From positions 124,496,001 to 124,560,000 of the forward strand of contig OX597815.1 in NCBI GenBank assembly GCA_951406725.2: DNA of 64,000 bases. Reading direction: 5' to 3'. Below, in pieces: positions 39,243 through 52,800 of the stretch (positions are counted from its first letter, which is position 1; every line of letters starts with the position of its first letter). Below the pieces are notes generated by a model, which saw nothing but the letters and a program-made list of their open reading frames with translations, did not search any database and had not been told where the DNA came from. The position numbers and the translations under genes were made by a program. Source of the stretch: Octopus vulgaris. Taxonomy: Eukaryota.

Positions 39243-39656
39243 TTAGCAATAATTGGCACGATAGAGAATATGGAGACTGGTACATCCTCAAAGTTTATTT
39301 CCTTTTATTTTACATTACATACACCAGTTTTTATGGTTAGAACGACCTACTCGAGTTTCCATTGTACAGAGTAGGGGCAGTTGCACAAGTAATCGGGCAC
39401 AATATTCTGTGCAGCTTCGTTCAGGGTTATTCAACAAGCTTGGTTCGAAGCAGACCTAGTTTGTTGAAAGACCCTGAACGAAGCTGCACAGAATATTATG
39501 CCCAGCCTCACGTGCAACTAACCTTACTTTGTGCAGTGGAACATTGTGTAGCTCGCCATAACCATTAAAATATGCTGTATGGAATGTAAAATAAAAGGAA
39601 ATAAATTTTGAGGATGTACCAGTTTTCATATTCTCTATGGTCATAAGTATTGCTAA
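39243..39656. repeat. Long imperfect hairpin (about 205-bp arms, almost no loop)
   Basis: Arms align nearly without gaps; perfect blocks alternate with mismatch clusters. Confidence 0.9.
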
Positions 39657-40591
39657 AATATTTACATATGAAGTCCTCAGAAAGCCAAAGAGGTCTCCGT
39701 AGGAGCTAAAGATAGATGTAGATCAAATATTGTAGTTGCATTTTACAGAACTTTACTCTTAGCAAAGAGACTTCTCCTACGCTAATTCAATAGCTCATCT
39801 GAAACAGGAATGTCTCTGCTGGAAGTCAAATAGAAGTTATTGCAACTGAGTTACATTACATACACATGCGATGGGAAATGCTTTAAGCATGAAGTAGGCT
39901 AGAGACATTAATTTGATATGTCTCGGAATTCATATCTTTTTCAAATAACTTTAATCCTAGTTTATCTGCAGTAAAGTTCTTTAGCGAATACTGGGATCGA
40001 TATATCATAAGTACTTTTCTAAATACTATACGAACAAGATTTCTCTATTGTGGTCAACGAAAGACTTCAATGAATACAAGCCTAAGATAATATACTTTAT
40101 ATTATGTTTTACAGAATGGTAGTCTAATTCAAGGTCCAGGCTAAATACACTTGAATTAATGCCCATTTCAACTTAATAACCAGACCTCATGCTTATCGTA
40201 ATTTATCGTCAAATATAGGAATTAAGTAGCAGACTTTTTAACCACACATGCACACACGCACTCACACTGCCACGCGCGAGTGCACACACATATGTAAACA
40301 TATATACACATATATAAACATATATACATTTACATGTATGTGTTTGAAATTTGACACAGGAAACCATTAATAAAAGTAAATATGTCATGTGACTACATGT
40401 TTGAGTGAGCGTGTATATCTATGTATGTGTGTAATCTAATCAAATATAAGAATATGCACTCAAAATACTAGGAAATATTAATATTTTAAAAATATTAATT
40501 TATCCTAGACACTTGTATGTTTCTGATATTTCTTTTCTTCATCAGCAAAGGAAAGAACATCATTTGGTATGAGTCTTCTCTTTCTCTCTCT

Positions 40592-40642
<51 letters not shown>

Positions 40643-40899
40643 TGTATGTAAATAATTCAGAGTTATTCCCTCTGGGTACCGCTTCTGGGTCCGGAGGTAG
40701 GCATCCCACGCCGGCCAGAACAAGTTACTGGTTTATTTATTGCCTGTTCTATCGGTATTGCGTAAATACCGCAATATAATTTTCGAATAGACCCCTCCAC
40801 CTAAGATTCGAACACATCTCTTACTTTCCCACGCGGTATGGTTGTTCTTTTGAACAGCTTTCATACAGCAGTTTTTGGTGGTCACATCCGCTTCACACA

Positions 40900-41370
40900 C
40901 CAAGCTGGTATTTGTATTTGACCTGCAAAAATGGACACAGTTAAGGCAAGTAGAAGCGTTTAGGTATCTTGGAACCGTATTTACGAGCGATGGGAAGCAG
41001 GAGGTGGATTTGTATGTTAGAATTGCGTGATCCTCAGAAACGGAGAGACTGGTAAAAAACCAAGCTTCCTATCTTCTCTCTGATTATCGTGCTTATCCTC
41101 GCCTATCATTGTGAATGTTGGGCAATGACTGATAAGGAACGATCGCGAATACGAGCAACCGAAATGGAGACCTTCCGAATGGTGTCTGGAGTAATGTTAC
41201 TCGACAGGATTCGTGTCTCTGATATCAAGGAGGTCTCCAGGCCCCTCTGAGAAGTCTCAGCTCGGTGCTACGGATAAGAGATTAGAATGTCGCAGGAAAG
41301 AATAGCAAGATGGAATCTTCTATCCGAGTGAACCGACAGAGGACCTAAGATAAACGTAAAAGGAAATGGT
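40900..41370 (+). pseudogene. Decayed RTE-clade LINE 3' fragment
   Basis: QLRQVEAFRYLGTVFTSDGKQEVD; RSRIRATEM; GVMLLDRIR. Confidence 0.7.
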
Positions 41371-41781
41371 TGAAATCTTACCGAGTTCAACTTTCGTCTT
41401 TTCAGGGTCGATGAAACAATGTACCAATTAAATACTGAGGTTAATGCTATTGATCTACCCTTCCCCTCAAAATTACTAGCCTTATACCTGCCTAAATTAT
41501 TAGCAGGCTGAGTGACTATACCGAGTTCACTTCACTGACTCAATACTGAAATTGCAATTCAGTAAAGCACTCCACTCATTAATGGATATAAGGAAATATC
41601 AAAAACATTGCAGTTTGTTTAATAAATTTCTTTGAGATTAATGAAAACCGAATGATTAAACAGGTTATTGTTGAAAAAATGAGCGACCGAAACTATATAT
41701 TTGATTCAATACTCTATGAATTTTTCCACTACACAATTTAAAGCTTGTTTTAGCCCTACCAAGTTTTTATCATAGACTGTA

Positions 41782-41909
41782 ATTTGGGTACATAGCGAAT
41801 GTTATTTGGGTATATAGTAAATGGTATTTGGGTACATAGTAAATGTTATTTGGGTACATAGTAAATGTTATTTGGGTACATAATAAATGTTATTTGGGTA
41901 CATAGCGAA
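41782..41909. repeat. 22-bp minisatellite, about 6 copies (ATTTGGGTACATAGTAAATGTT)
   Basis: Direct reading. Confidence 0.9.
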
Positions 41910-42909
41910 AATATTTTTTTACTGCCTTTCAAAGTTTATGGCGTGATTACAGTCTTTATGGCGTGATATAGACTTTTACGTTCATTGCAGTAGTGCCTCT
42001 GCTCCCTTTCATATAGTTAAATGAAAAACGTAGTAATCTCTTGTAATAAGGATGGTATGTTGTGTCCCATCTGTTTCTAGCTATGTCTGCAAATAAGCTG
42101 GCACTGAATTCGATGTCTCAGATTTTAAGAGGGTGAGGGATAAGTTCCTCTGTTGTGAAAGTTAATGTATGCAAATGAACTAAAATGGTTGATACCAGGA
42201 ATAGAAAACAGTTGCAAGCTTGACTTCACATTAACTTAGAGCAGAACGTTTTGCTGCTCACCTTAAAGTCTAGCAGATTTGATTTCTGATACATATACAA
42301 GATACATTTATAAGGGTAATTTAATCAGTCGGCATGAGCTTCATACCTTTCTGGAAAATTTTAAACTCTACACTTATACAATAAATAAACATTTTCTTCA
42401 GAACATTCTTTCAGTAAGCGACTCATCTATAACGAAAGAAAACCTTGTTTCTAATATCTACGTCATGACAGTATAATTGAAATAAAGTCTGCAGGCTGAC
42501 TATCAAAACTCCCTAAATACCAAGAAGGCTATGTATGCAACCGCACTGAAAACGATTCTGTATATGCCACTGCAGTCAGTCAGTTGCTATATAACTAGTT
42601 AAGATCTTTATTGTCGAATGACTATAAATATAGCGTGGCAGTGTAGCCTATTAATAAACATAAGTTTGTTGGTTAAATAGATAAATACAAAGATAAATTG
42701 AAGATTTAAATAGCTATAGACGTAAAAGTAATAACAGAGAAGTAAATTTTTAACTGAATTGTGATAAATCTATGTTGTTCTACGGAATTGTTCACTGTTT
42801 TTATACTCCTCTCTGTTCTCTCTCACCCTCTCTTTCTCTCATACATACAAATAATATATGCATATAAGTAGTATATATACATGCATATATACGTATGAGT
42901 GTGCCTGCT

Positions 42910-43017
<108 letters not shown>

Positions 43018-43999
43018 CATATGTATATGAGTATATATATATATATATAGGCATATATATTTATGCTTATATATTTATATATATACACACACACACACAC
43101 GCACACATGTATGTGTGTGCGTGTGCGTGGATGTATGTAAGCTGACAGGCAAACAGATAAACATGCGTATACAGACACACGCATGTAGACTCTGAGATAA
43201 ATAGTTAGAGAGAAAGCGAGACATGGGAAGACAGAGATTTGAGAGATCAAGAGAGTGAAACAGATTGTTGAGATAGGAAAATAAGATTCTGATTATTTAA
43301 CGACAAATGATAAAATTTTTACTGAATGTTTCCTAATTTCGTGACTCATTTTTTTCTTTATTTGCAGTTAAGTAAGTATACATTGTATACGGAGATATAT
43401 GTACATGTGTGTAAACATACATCAAAGTTAAAAAGAGATTTTTAAAGTCTAAAAATCTAATTTATAATCGTCGAGTGACAACATGTCTTTTGTTCGCTGT
43501 TTCTTCCGTAGCTATTTCAGAATTGTCATCAATCAAGAAGACAAAAGAAAAACTGGATCTTCGATAAGCGATAGAATTGTCAAGACAAAAATCTCTGTAG
43601 AAATATAATCTAGACTCTGTCAGCTTTATTGCCAACCATTACACATTCCAGAACTCTAAAATATTTGTTTTTATTTCTATACATTTTAACTGATTGACAG
43701 ATTATTTCCATCTATCGTCAAAAAGGTCATTTTTAACGCCCCGCTCCCTCGTATTCTATATTTTTTCTTTCTTTTTTTCTTTCTTTCTTTCTTTCTTTCT
43801 CTATATCAAACTTTCATTCATTTTTTTTCTCAGTCTAGTAAAAAGAGTTGTGCTCATTCTATTCACAATCAGTTTGGGACAATTATGAGTAAGCACATTA
43901 CAGTATATGAAAGCTTATACGTAGAATGAACCAGTAATGAGCACATATACATGTGCATGGTGTCAGTAGGGGTGGGATTAAAGAAAACGTAGCATATTG

Positions 44000-44930
44000 T
44001 TGATGTCAGAGGAAGTGATGGTGCCCAATTTGAAATACACGTGCAAGGAGGAAATTCCAGAGGTTTGATGTCATGGAAAGAAAAGTTTGGAAAAAGCGAT
44101 TAGTGCGAGGAGTAGGGAATAGACGCATGATGGATGACAAGAATAAAAGAGATATATATTTATGGACTCAGCCTATATGGGAGTGGTGTGAAACCATTCA
44201 ATTTCGGGGAAGAGATTACTTTTGAAGTGATAAAAAAACAGCGTGAGCCAACTACCAAGAGATTGATGCTTGTTCGAAGGTGAATTCGCATAAATTAGCC
44301 GAGTGTCTAGGCTACCTGGACAACTATATCTGTGTGTTCAGTAGCAGTTGCCTCGTCCTAAATTTGGGAGAAGTATTTTATTGTGAGCTTCACTTGAACC
44401 TTGTCGAAAGTTTACAACTATCGGAAGCTGAAGTACGTTCCAGCTGTAAATAGAAAGGCCAGTATCTGAGAGTTGTTTTTGACCATGATGGGGATGTGAA
44501 ATAGTCAGATGAGACAATTTGCGCTTGTGATTCAAATATGTTAGCAACATTGGCGATTGCAGTTATATGTAATCCATGGCTAATGATTAGTGAGTATAAG
44601 AATAGTTCCTTGATATGTACAGTAATTATGTCATTGTGCTGTTGAACGAGGAAACGTTAGACGATGCTAGTATTATTTGAAGTATACTTAGTATGAAGAG
44701 TAAGAGGACGTGTAGTCGCTAGATTATAAAGATGTCATTATGTGAGGAAGGAAAACGGTCTGCTCTTTCGGTCTTAAGCCCTTTCACGTGGAAAAGAAAA
44801 GAGAATTTTATGCGTTTCATGTAAAATATATTCAGTAGCAGGGACCGGAATTCTTAGGTTGGAAGAACGTAGTTCCCGAGTCAAAGAGAGTAAAGGTAGA
44901 TGGTGGTCTGAAATGTTAGATGTGTATATA
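44000..44930 (-). pseudogene. Highly decayed LINE (CR1/L2 group) ORF2 fragment
   Basis: Minus frame VKLTIKYFSQI*DEA resembles VRP.MEYCSHIWDG; weak. Confidence 0.3.
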
Positions 44931-44954
44931 GAAATATACATACGCAGTACAATC

Positions 44955-45009
<55 letters not shown>

Positions 45010-46651
45010 GTGCGTGCGCGCGCGTGTAGTGTGTTAGAGAATATGAGGGTATATTAATGAAGATGTCCCTGTGAGCGTGTAGGCTTATACATGGAATAAT
45101 TCAGTAGTTTGTGTATGTTCGTCCATGTATATCAGGAGAGAAGAATGAGAGGAAATGTAGCCCATTCTTAATTCTGTAGTAGTGGATGTGCCCAGATTAA
45201 TTATTTTTTTTGTTTTTGAGATGTAACAATACCATACTGATATACACGAAAATAGTTTGCATAAAACGTAATAAATGTGTTTATATACAGTGCATTGCAT
45301 ATTTTGTATTTAATACAGTGTACAGATTGATGGAGGCAGAGGAAAAGAGGTCGAGAACTTAGATTGTGGACTTAAGGCTAAGTAGAATTGTTATTTCGGA
45401 AATTAAAGGGCGAGTGTTGTAACACGAGCACGAGAACAGGTGGATTTCTCAAATTGTGTATGACTAAGAGCGAATGAACTGCTGACTAGGCGGCAACGTC
45501 TAAAGGAAGAGAGTGGGATTTCAAGAAATGTAGGAGCGGAAGCAGGGTCTGGCAAATGAAGCAGAAGTTCTGTCTCTGAGAGATCGGGTGGTGGAGTGGA
45601 TATTGTTTTTGGTACCGAATAACGTTCTGTAGGCGGTTGCATGATTGACAGAATGTTGGAGGTGTGCTCAATAGCTCGTTTACGAATCAGATAACATTGA
45701 TATCAAGTTAAGAGTAGGGCATTTAGTGTGTGACTTGGACTCAGAGTCGAGGCTTCGGCCACTGGGCAGAGAAAACGAGGAATTATAAGAAAAGGATAAT
45801 TGTTACCTACGTGCAATTTAGAAAACTCACACTAATCCAGCTGTAGTTTCATTAACAGATATTAAAAACCTACTGTAGAGGAGTCATACCAACCCCTATT
45901 CCTTCAACAGCAGAAAGACGCATTCACTACACATCAACAACAACAAAACAGAGGAAACAAAACCCTTTCAATGAATACTCTTATTAGCATTAAAGATACT
46001 GTATCGCAAAGGCTGGCTTTTCTATGGAGACCTCGAAAATTTGCCACCACCCAACAACTACTAATCACTCGACAAATCTCAGATGAGATCCACAACAGAG
46101 TACTGATCCCACATGTAATATGGTACAATTATTACTCATCCAGAAATTGCAACTGATTGACATGAAATAGTTCAAATTCTGGTCTCCCCATGTTTCATTT
46201 CTTTGCCTTTTCTACCAATAATACGTTGCTTCACACAGCTGGCTCGTTTCAAGTCATCTCCTATAAGACACAACACGTTCCCATGGCTATATTCCTCTTG
46301 TCGCACATAATGTTCCTCCACTCCGGCTCTAAATTCTAAATCTTGTCCCTCCATTCAGTAAATGTATTTCTTTCTTTCTTTCTTTTTATTGTGCAGTTAT
46401 CAAAATGCATGCATTCGAGTAGAGCTTTAATCTGTCCCGAAACAATAAGTCTCGAAGGGACTGTGAAAGCTATGGGCACAACCTCTCACTCCAAACTTAA
46501 ACAATAAAAAAATCACAAACATATGTACACGCACGTCACACACATACACACAAAAACACACACACATACACACACTTATCCACTCTATATTCCTTTCGCT
46601 CATTTTCGCATACATATAATATAACGCATGCATGTATTGTATATATGAGTA

Positions 46652-46717
<66 letters not shown>

Positions 46718-47654
46718 CACACATACATATATCTACGTATGTGTGTGTATTTATATAAATGGAAAGAGAGAGGAAGTCATATGCACACACACACATAAAT
46801 ATATATATATGTCTACAAACGTTGGAACACACACGCATATACACGTATGTAATGAGAAGGGAGCAAAAGGCGTGAAAGAGAACGAATAATATGAAGAGAG
46901 ATGAAAAGACAGAGAAACAAATAAAAATGGACGCAGTCACACATAAAAGATTTAAGAAAGACGGACAGAGAGAAAATGACAGGGTAAAAAGAACTACAGT
47001 TTAAGTGAAGGGGTGAGGAAGTTGAGGAGAGAAAAAGGGTAAGGATGGAGAGGGAGGAGAGACATAAAGGAAAAGGATGGAGAAAGAGAAAGGGTAGAAG
47101 GAAACGAGGGACAAATGTTCATATTGCCCACGGCTATATTTTTTGCCATATGTAGGAAGTGGATGTGTTTTAAGGATTTCTTTATAAAATAGCTATAGTA
47201 TCGGTTTAGCATTAACATTATCTTTCATGCCTTAAAGATTCTACAGCAATCGGGTAAATTATAAAAACAAACAAGATGGCGATGAAGTTCAAGGTTAGAT
47301 ATGTCTTAAAAACGGACGGAGACTGGAGAATAACTTATATCAGGGACAAGATGTCTATGTGAGGCGCCTGTACATAAATGATCAGATACGAAAGGAAAGA
47401 AATGATGAGAATGGAGACTGACTGGCTCAGCAAACATGAACTGAAATTATAGGTCAGTGGGTAGCGAGATGAAATATTACAGGAATAATATAGACTTTCA
47501 TCGTGCCGAATTATTGTTAGATTAATAAAAAGAAAACAAGTTTTAATAGCTGTTGTAGCTGTTGCTTAACCTATTGGTCAACCTTCGCGGAGTTTACTTC
47601 AGATCAAAGGTATTCCACCTCTGGAGTTGCTCCTCTTTTAGGGATAGCTACAAA

Positions 47655-47985
47655 AATATATGTGTCCTTCGCCATAAAGAAAATACAGATTTTTGTGAAG
47701 GAGATTTGTTACTTCTAGCAGGTGAAACGATTATGCAGAAGCACCTACGTTAACTCAAACACCTTACAATTGCTTTATTTATGTGTCCTTCGCTTAAAGA
47801 CAGCAGGGTGTATTTTGAAGGCGTTATGTTACTTCCTACAAAGAAAACGACTATAGAGAATCACTGATGTTGACTGAAACTGTGTTTTTTTATATTTTTT
47901 GTATGCCCTTCCCATTTTTGTTTCAAACAAGCAGGGTGAGTTTTTAAGATTTAGTTACTCTTTATATTAAGGCATACGACCTGAC
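47655..47985. repeat. Degenerate tandem repeat, about 120-bp period, about 3 copies
   Basis: TATGTGTCCTTCGC...TGAAGG...TGTTACTTC recurs near 47660, 47780 and 47902. Confidence 0.6.
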
Positions 47986-48409
47986 TGAACAATTTGGATT
48001 ATTCATACAAATTGTGATTTTTTATTAGGTATAATACCTCACACTTATAATTCGGAAAATTATGAGTATCTTTCGAAGCTCTCAGTAATAATGGTCATGA
48101 TTTTAGTGATAAAACATCATTAATGACTATGATAACGACAGCAGCAAAGATGATGATAGTGAAAATAGTAACAATAATGGTGGTTTCTGATATAGACATG
48201 AAGCTATGTATTTTGCGACATGGATATTGTCGACTCCAGCAATTTGTAATTATTTATTTTACTACCAGTAACGTGCAAATAATTAACTATGTATGTATGT
48301 ATGTATGTATGTATGTATGTATGTATGTATGTATGTATGTATGTATGTATGTATGTATGTATGTATGTATGTATGTATGTATGTATGTATGTGTGCATAC
48401 AATGAAAGA

Positions 48410-48575
48410 GGTGGCCAAGTGTTAAGAAATTTGCTTCCCAAGCACATAATTGCGGTTGGGTTCAGTCGCACTTCGAGACATCTTGGGCAAGAGTTTTCTA
48501 CTATTGACTCGGATCGACCAAAGCCTTGTCAGTGGATCTCGTAGACAGAAACTGAAAAAGCCTGTCGTGTATATA
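48410..48575 (+). mobile_element. SINE family A head
   Basis: Similar to 5622-5770. Confidence 0.65.
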
Positions 48576-48598
48576 TATCTGTATAACATATATATACA

Positions 48599-48645
<47 letters not shown>

Positions 48646-49444
48646 ACACGCACGAACACACACACACACACACACACACTCACATAGCCGCACACGCGCA
48701 CGCGCACGCACACGCTCATACACACACACTCTGACACGCATATATTATATTATATGTATATATGTGTCTTTTGTTTATCAGTTTTATGACTCAAGATATT
48801 TATACTTCATAGTATTGGTAATGTTTAATGTGGCCATGAAGTGATGTGAATTGTGTGACGCTCTTCGCTCCTGACTTTTATAGGAACCACCAAGTTGGAA
48901 CAAAGCATAACAGTAACGAATGACAAAAGAACAGGAATTACGTTATCACTTTCATTAGTTGTTATTGCAAATGTAAGCTAATGAAGTTTATTATGATATT
49001 CCTCTTATTCATTTGTTAATTAATACACACATACACACTCTCTCTCAATCAATCTTTCTCTCTCATTCTCCCTTTCTCTCTCACTCTGTCTCTTTCTCTC
49101 TTTCTCCTCCCCACACACTCACACAAACACACACACACACAGTCACTCACACTCACTTTGGATATTCATTTTGAATATGTAAGAAAACGTACTAATCCTC
49201 TCATCTTAAGTACATAACATCATTAATTATCATTCTTATGTTTATGGACTAATACCCACTATGGAGTTCTGTTAATATGAAGTTAGAGAAAGATGAAACA
49301 TTCTCAATTGGCACCAATACCTTGATGAAGCTCCAAACTAGTTCATAATTCAAATGATAAATGTAGAGGTGATGCGAAACAAGATTATGTGATATTCATG
49401 AGGTTTCCCTAAGCGCATAATGTCTTAACTGAAATGAAATTATA

Positions 49445-50724
49445 TTAGGCTGTCAAGAAAGTTCTTGCGGTTTTTAACCTTTAAATTCAGGTGCACATAT
49501 CTCGGTTCACGCAAAACTTTATTAATCGAAATAAACACCATCAGAATCAACACACTTTTACCAACGCGAAACAAAGTTTATTTATACCAATAGCGTAAAA
49601 ATCTTGCGTTCTGGTGGCGATAGAGTCGTTGAAGGCGTGTTTTGCATTGTCTTGGTTTTTGATGCATTTCTCATGCAGGAAGTTGGCGAGATGCTTTAAA
49701 AAGTGGTAGTTGGTAGGCGAGAGGTCTGGTGAGTATGTCGGATGAGGCAGAGTTTCGTAGCCCAATTCGTTCAACTTCTGCAGGGTCAGTTGTGTGACGT
49801 GCGGCCGAGCGTTGTTGTGGAGAAGAATTGGTCCTTTTCTATTGACCAATGCTGGCTGTTGTTGCCGGAGTTTGTTATACATTTCATCCATTTGCTGACG
49901 GTACTTCTCCGCCGTAATGGTTTCGCCTGGATCCAAAAAGCTGTGATGGATGAGACCGTCCGCAGACCACCAAACAGTCACCATGATCTTCTTTTGGTGC
50001 AACTTTGGCATCGGGAAGTGCTGTGGAGCCTCGTCGGCGTCCAACTACTGAACTGAGCGTCGCCGGTTGTTGTAAAGAATCCACTTTTCCTTGCAAGTGA
50101 CAATCCGGTCGAGAAACGGGTCGTTCTTGTTGCGTATAAGAAGGGAAGACGACACTTGAAATCGGCGTTTTTGGGGTTGTTGTTCAATTCGTGCGTCACC
50201 CATTTCTCAAGTATTTTTGTTTTTCCACTCTCTTTCAAGTGGTTGGAAGTTGTCGTATACGTTACGTCTAATCCAGAAGTAAGCTTTCGAACAGTTGTGC
50301 ATGGATTGGTTTCGGCTAAGGCTCTTAGTTGATCGCTGTCAACATCCGATGGCCGACCACTACGCTTATCATCTTCAAGACTCTCGTCACCGCTACGAAA
50401 TTTCTTGAACCACCATTGTGCTGTACGTTCATCAGTAGTTCCTGGGACAAACGCATCGTTGATATCACGAGGTGTTTCAGCATGTTTTTGGCCTAGCTTG
50501 AACTGGAATAAGAAAATTGTGCGAATTTGCTTTTTGTCCATGTTGTATTCAACGTTCCGGATAAAATGGCCTAATTATTCAAAAAGAAAAAAGAGTAACA
50601 CGATTAGATAGAGCGAAAGATGGGCTATAAAATAATATATACATTTAAAGTAATTTAACGAAAATCAATTTGAAAATACATCATTTAAAACCAAAATTCC
50701 GCAAGAACTTTCTTGACAACCTAA
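49445..50724 (-). mobile_element. Full-length mariner (cecropia/Hsmar1-like), 1280 bp
   Basis: TIRs TTAGGCTGTCAAGAAAGTTCTTGCGG / CCGCAAGAACTTTCTTGACAACCTAA, TA duplication on both sides. Confidence 0.95.
49522..50541 (-). pseudogene. Mariner transposase pseudogene
   Basis: MDKKQIRTIFLFQFKLG..QWWFKKFRSGDESLED..WVTHEL..YSPDLSPT; frameshifts near 50170 and 49575 and internal stops. Confidence 0.92.
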
Positions 50725-50947
50725 TAGCAATCACCATACAGGAATTGGTTGTGCACTGAACTTAATTGAAGCAAAAATCTGCACAACGATGTTTATCTAA
50801 ATATAGAAAATGGCCACAGATTTTGAGATTGCAGTCGACCAAACGTCACTGATTCTGAAATGAAAGGCAAATTTACCATCAGCTGTATTAAAACGCATAA
50901 CTTTATGTACAGATTATTTGAAAATAAGATTTTCAAAATGATAAACC

Positions 50948-50989
<42 letters not shown>

Positions 50990-51694
50990 TAATAATAGTA
51001 ATAATTTTCTACTGTAGACCTGTATTGATTAAATTCATAAAAGTTGTAAATATCAAACTAGTAGCAAAATGCTGTTAACTTTAAATATTTGACTCCGGAA
51101 GCTGTGTTTGCAATATCCATGAAAAGCGAGTAATTTTGGCTTCCTACAAGATGAATGTGATGCCATAAAATACTATTTACCGTTTATTCCACTTCCAAAT
51201 CATAAATATTTTGTCGGATTTATGTTGAGCAAGCGTCGTTAATTATTAACTCTCAAAAACGCTTCATATTTCTGCTCTTTTACTAGAGACAACCAAAGAT
51301 TTAAATAATTAATATAAATGTCAAAACACACACCCTGTGTAAAGTACATCCTGTGATGATAAATATCTATGTGAGTACGTGGCTACATATAGATATCCAC
51401 ATACACACTTCACATATGTATGTAATAATATATATACATACAATATATACATAATAATATATATGCACACACAAATATATATATACACACACGCACATAC
51501 GGATATATACGCATGCATGTATACATATGTATTTATGTATATGTATGCTCACACACATACGCACACACAAACACACACACACAGTCTATTATACATCCAT
51601 GCACCCACGCACAAAAGGCACGTATATGTTTGCTTGTATACATAAACAGCATATATGCATGTGTATATATACGTACATACATACACTCACTACT

Positions 51695-51756
<62 letters not shown>

Positions 51757-51775
51757 CGTATACATACATACATAC

Positions 51776-51806
<31 letters not shown>

Positions 51807-51816
51807 CATACATACA

Positions 51817-51847
<31 letters not shown>

Positions 51848-52602
51848 GTATATGTGTGTGTGTATAATTATATTCGCACCCATTTGAATATGTCTACATA
51901 TACGTGTATACTTATATTTTGTTCTATAAGGTAAGAAATGCAAGCTTGTGTTTTTCTTAACTCCTATATACATTCTTAAATAATGAAACATATTATTCAG
52001 CAAAACAGAAGTAACCAGAATTACGACACATTCTGAATGATATAACTCAAACGAACGTAATGTTCTATAGGGCACTTGTTGTAACAGTACTGGGGTAAAA
52101 AATACAGGATAAGTATGATTGACTTTACAGGAAATCCGTTCCCTTGACATCGAAATTAAATATATTTTATTATTAGTTGAAAGCTTTCACAGAACCAGAA
52201 GCATCAACTTAGAATTAATATTGGTTCAGGAAGCTTTTCAATGTCGTGGGTTTTTTCTCAGATAAGACTTATAGTTTACCGAAAATTTCTTCAGAAGTGG
52301 GATGTAGCGAGGTAAGGAAACACTTGGAATTTGATGTTTTACTATGCGACCTCGGAGAAGCTTGAGCAGGTGACACACTGTATTCCATATAAAAGTAATT
52401 AATGATGCATATGCAACCAACGTACTTGAGAATGAGGCCAAAATTAAATGAGAGAGCAACAGTTTTTAATTATTAACCCATATATTATGTCACATCTTAG
52501 GGTTTGAAATCTAAGAATCAACAGTTGTTATAGACTAAAAGGAATGCTGAACTGTCATAAGACATTTTGTATGACTGAGATTTAGTCAAAATACGTGGAA
52601 AC

Positions 52603-52644
<42 letters not shown>

Positions 52645-52645
<1 letters not shown>

Positions 52646-52800
52646 TAGGCTTCCACACAGTTTCTCTCTATGAAATTCATTTACAAGGCATTAGTCGGGC
52701 AGCCTGTGGCTTTAGTGAAAGACTTAAGCCCAAGGTATCACGCAGTGGGCCTGAACCCGAAATTAAGTGCCTACAAAGCGGTCTTAACCATACAGCCAAC
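52645..52800 (-). mobile_element. SINE family A head, decayed
   Basis: CCCAAGGTATCACGCAGTGGG..TGAACCCG..AACCATACAGCC. Confidence 0.6.

Noticed and set aside
40670-40722. HDV-like ribozyme (minus strand begins GGCCGGCGTGG)
   Set aside because: Could not build P1, P1.1, P2 and P3 with the catalytic C in the right order
41782-41909. CRISPR-like array
   Set aside because: Contiguous 22-bp units with no unique spacers; eukaryotic context
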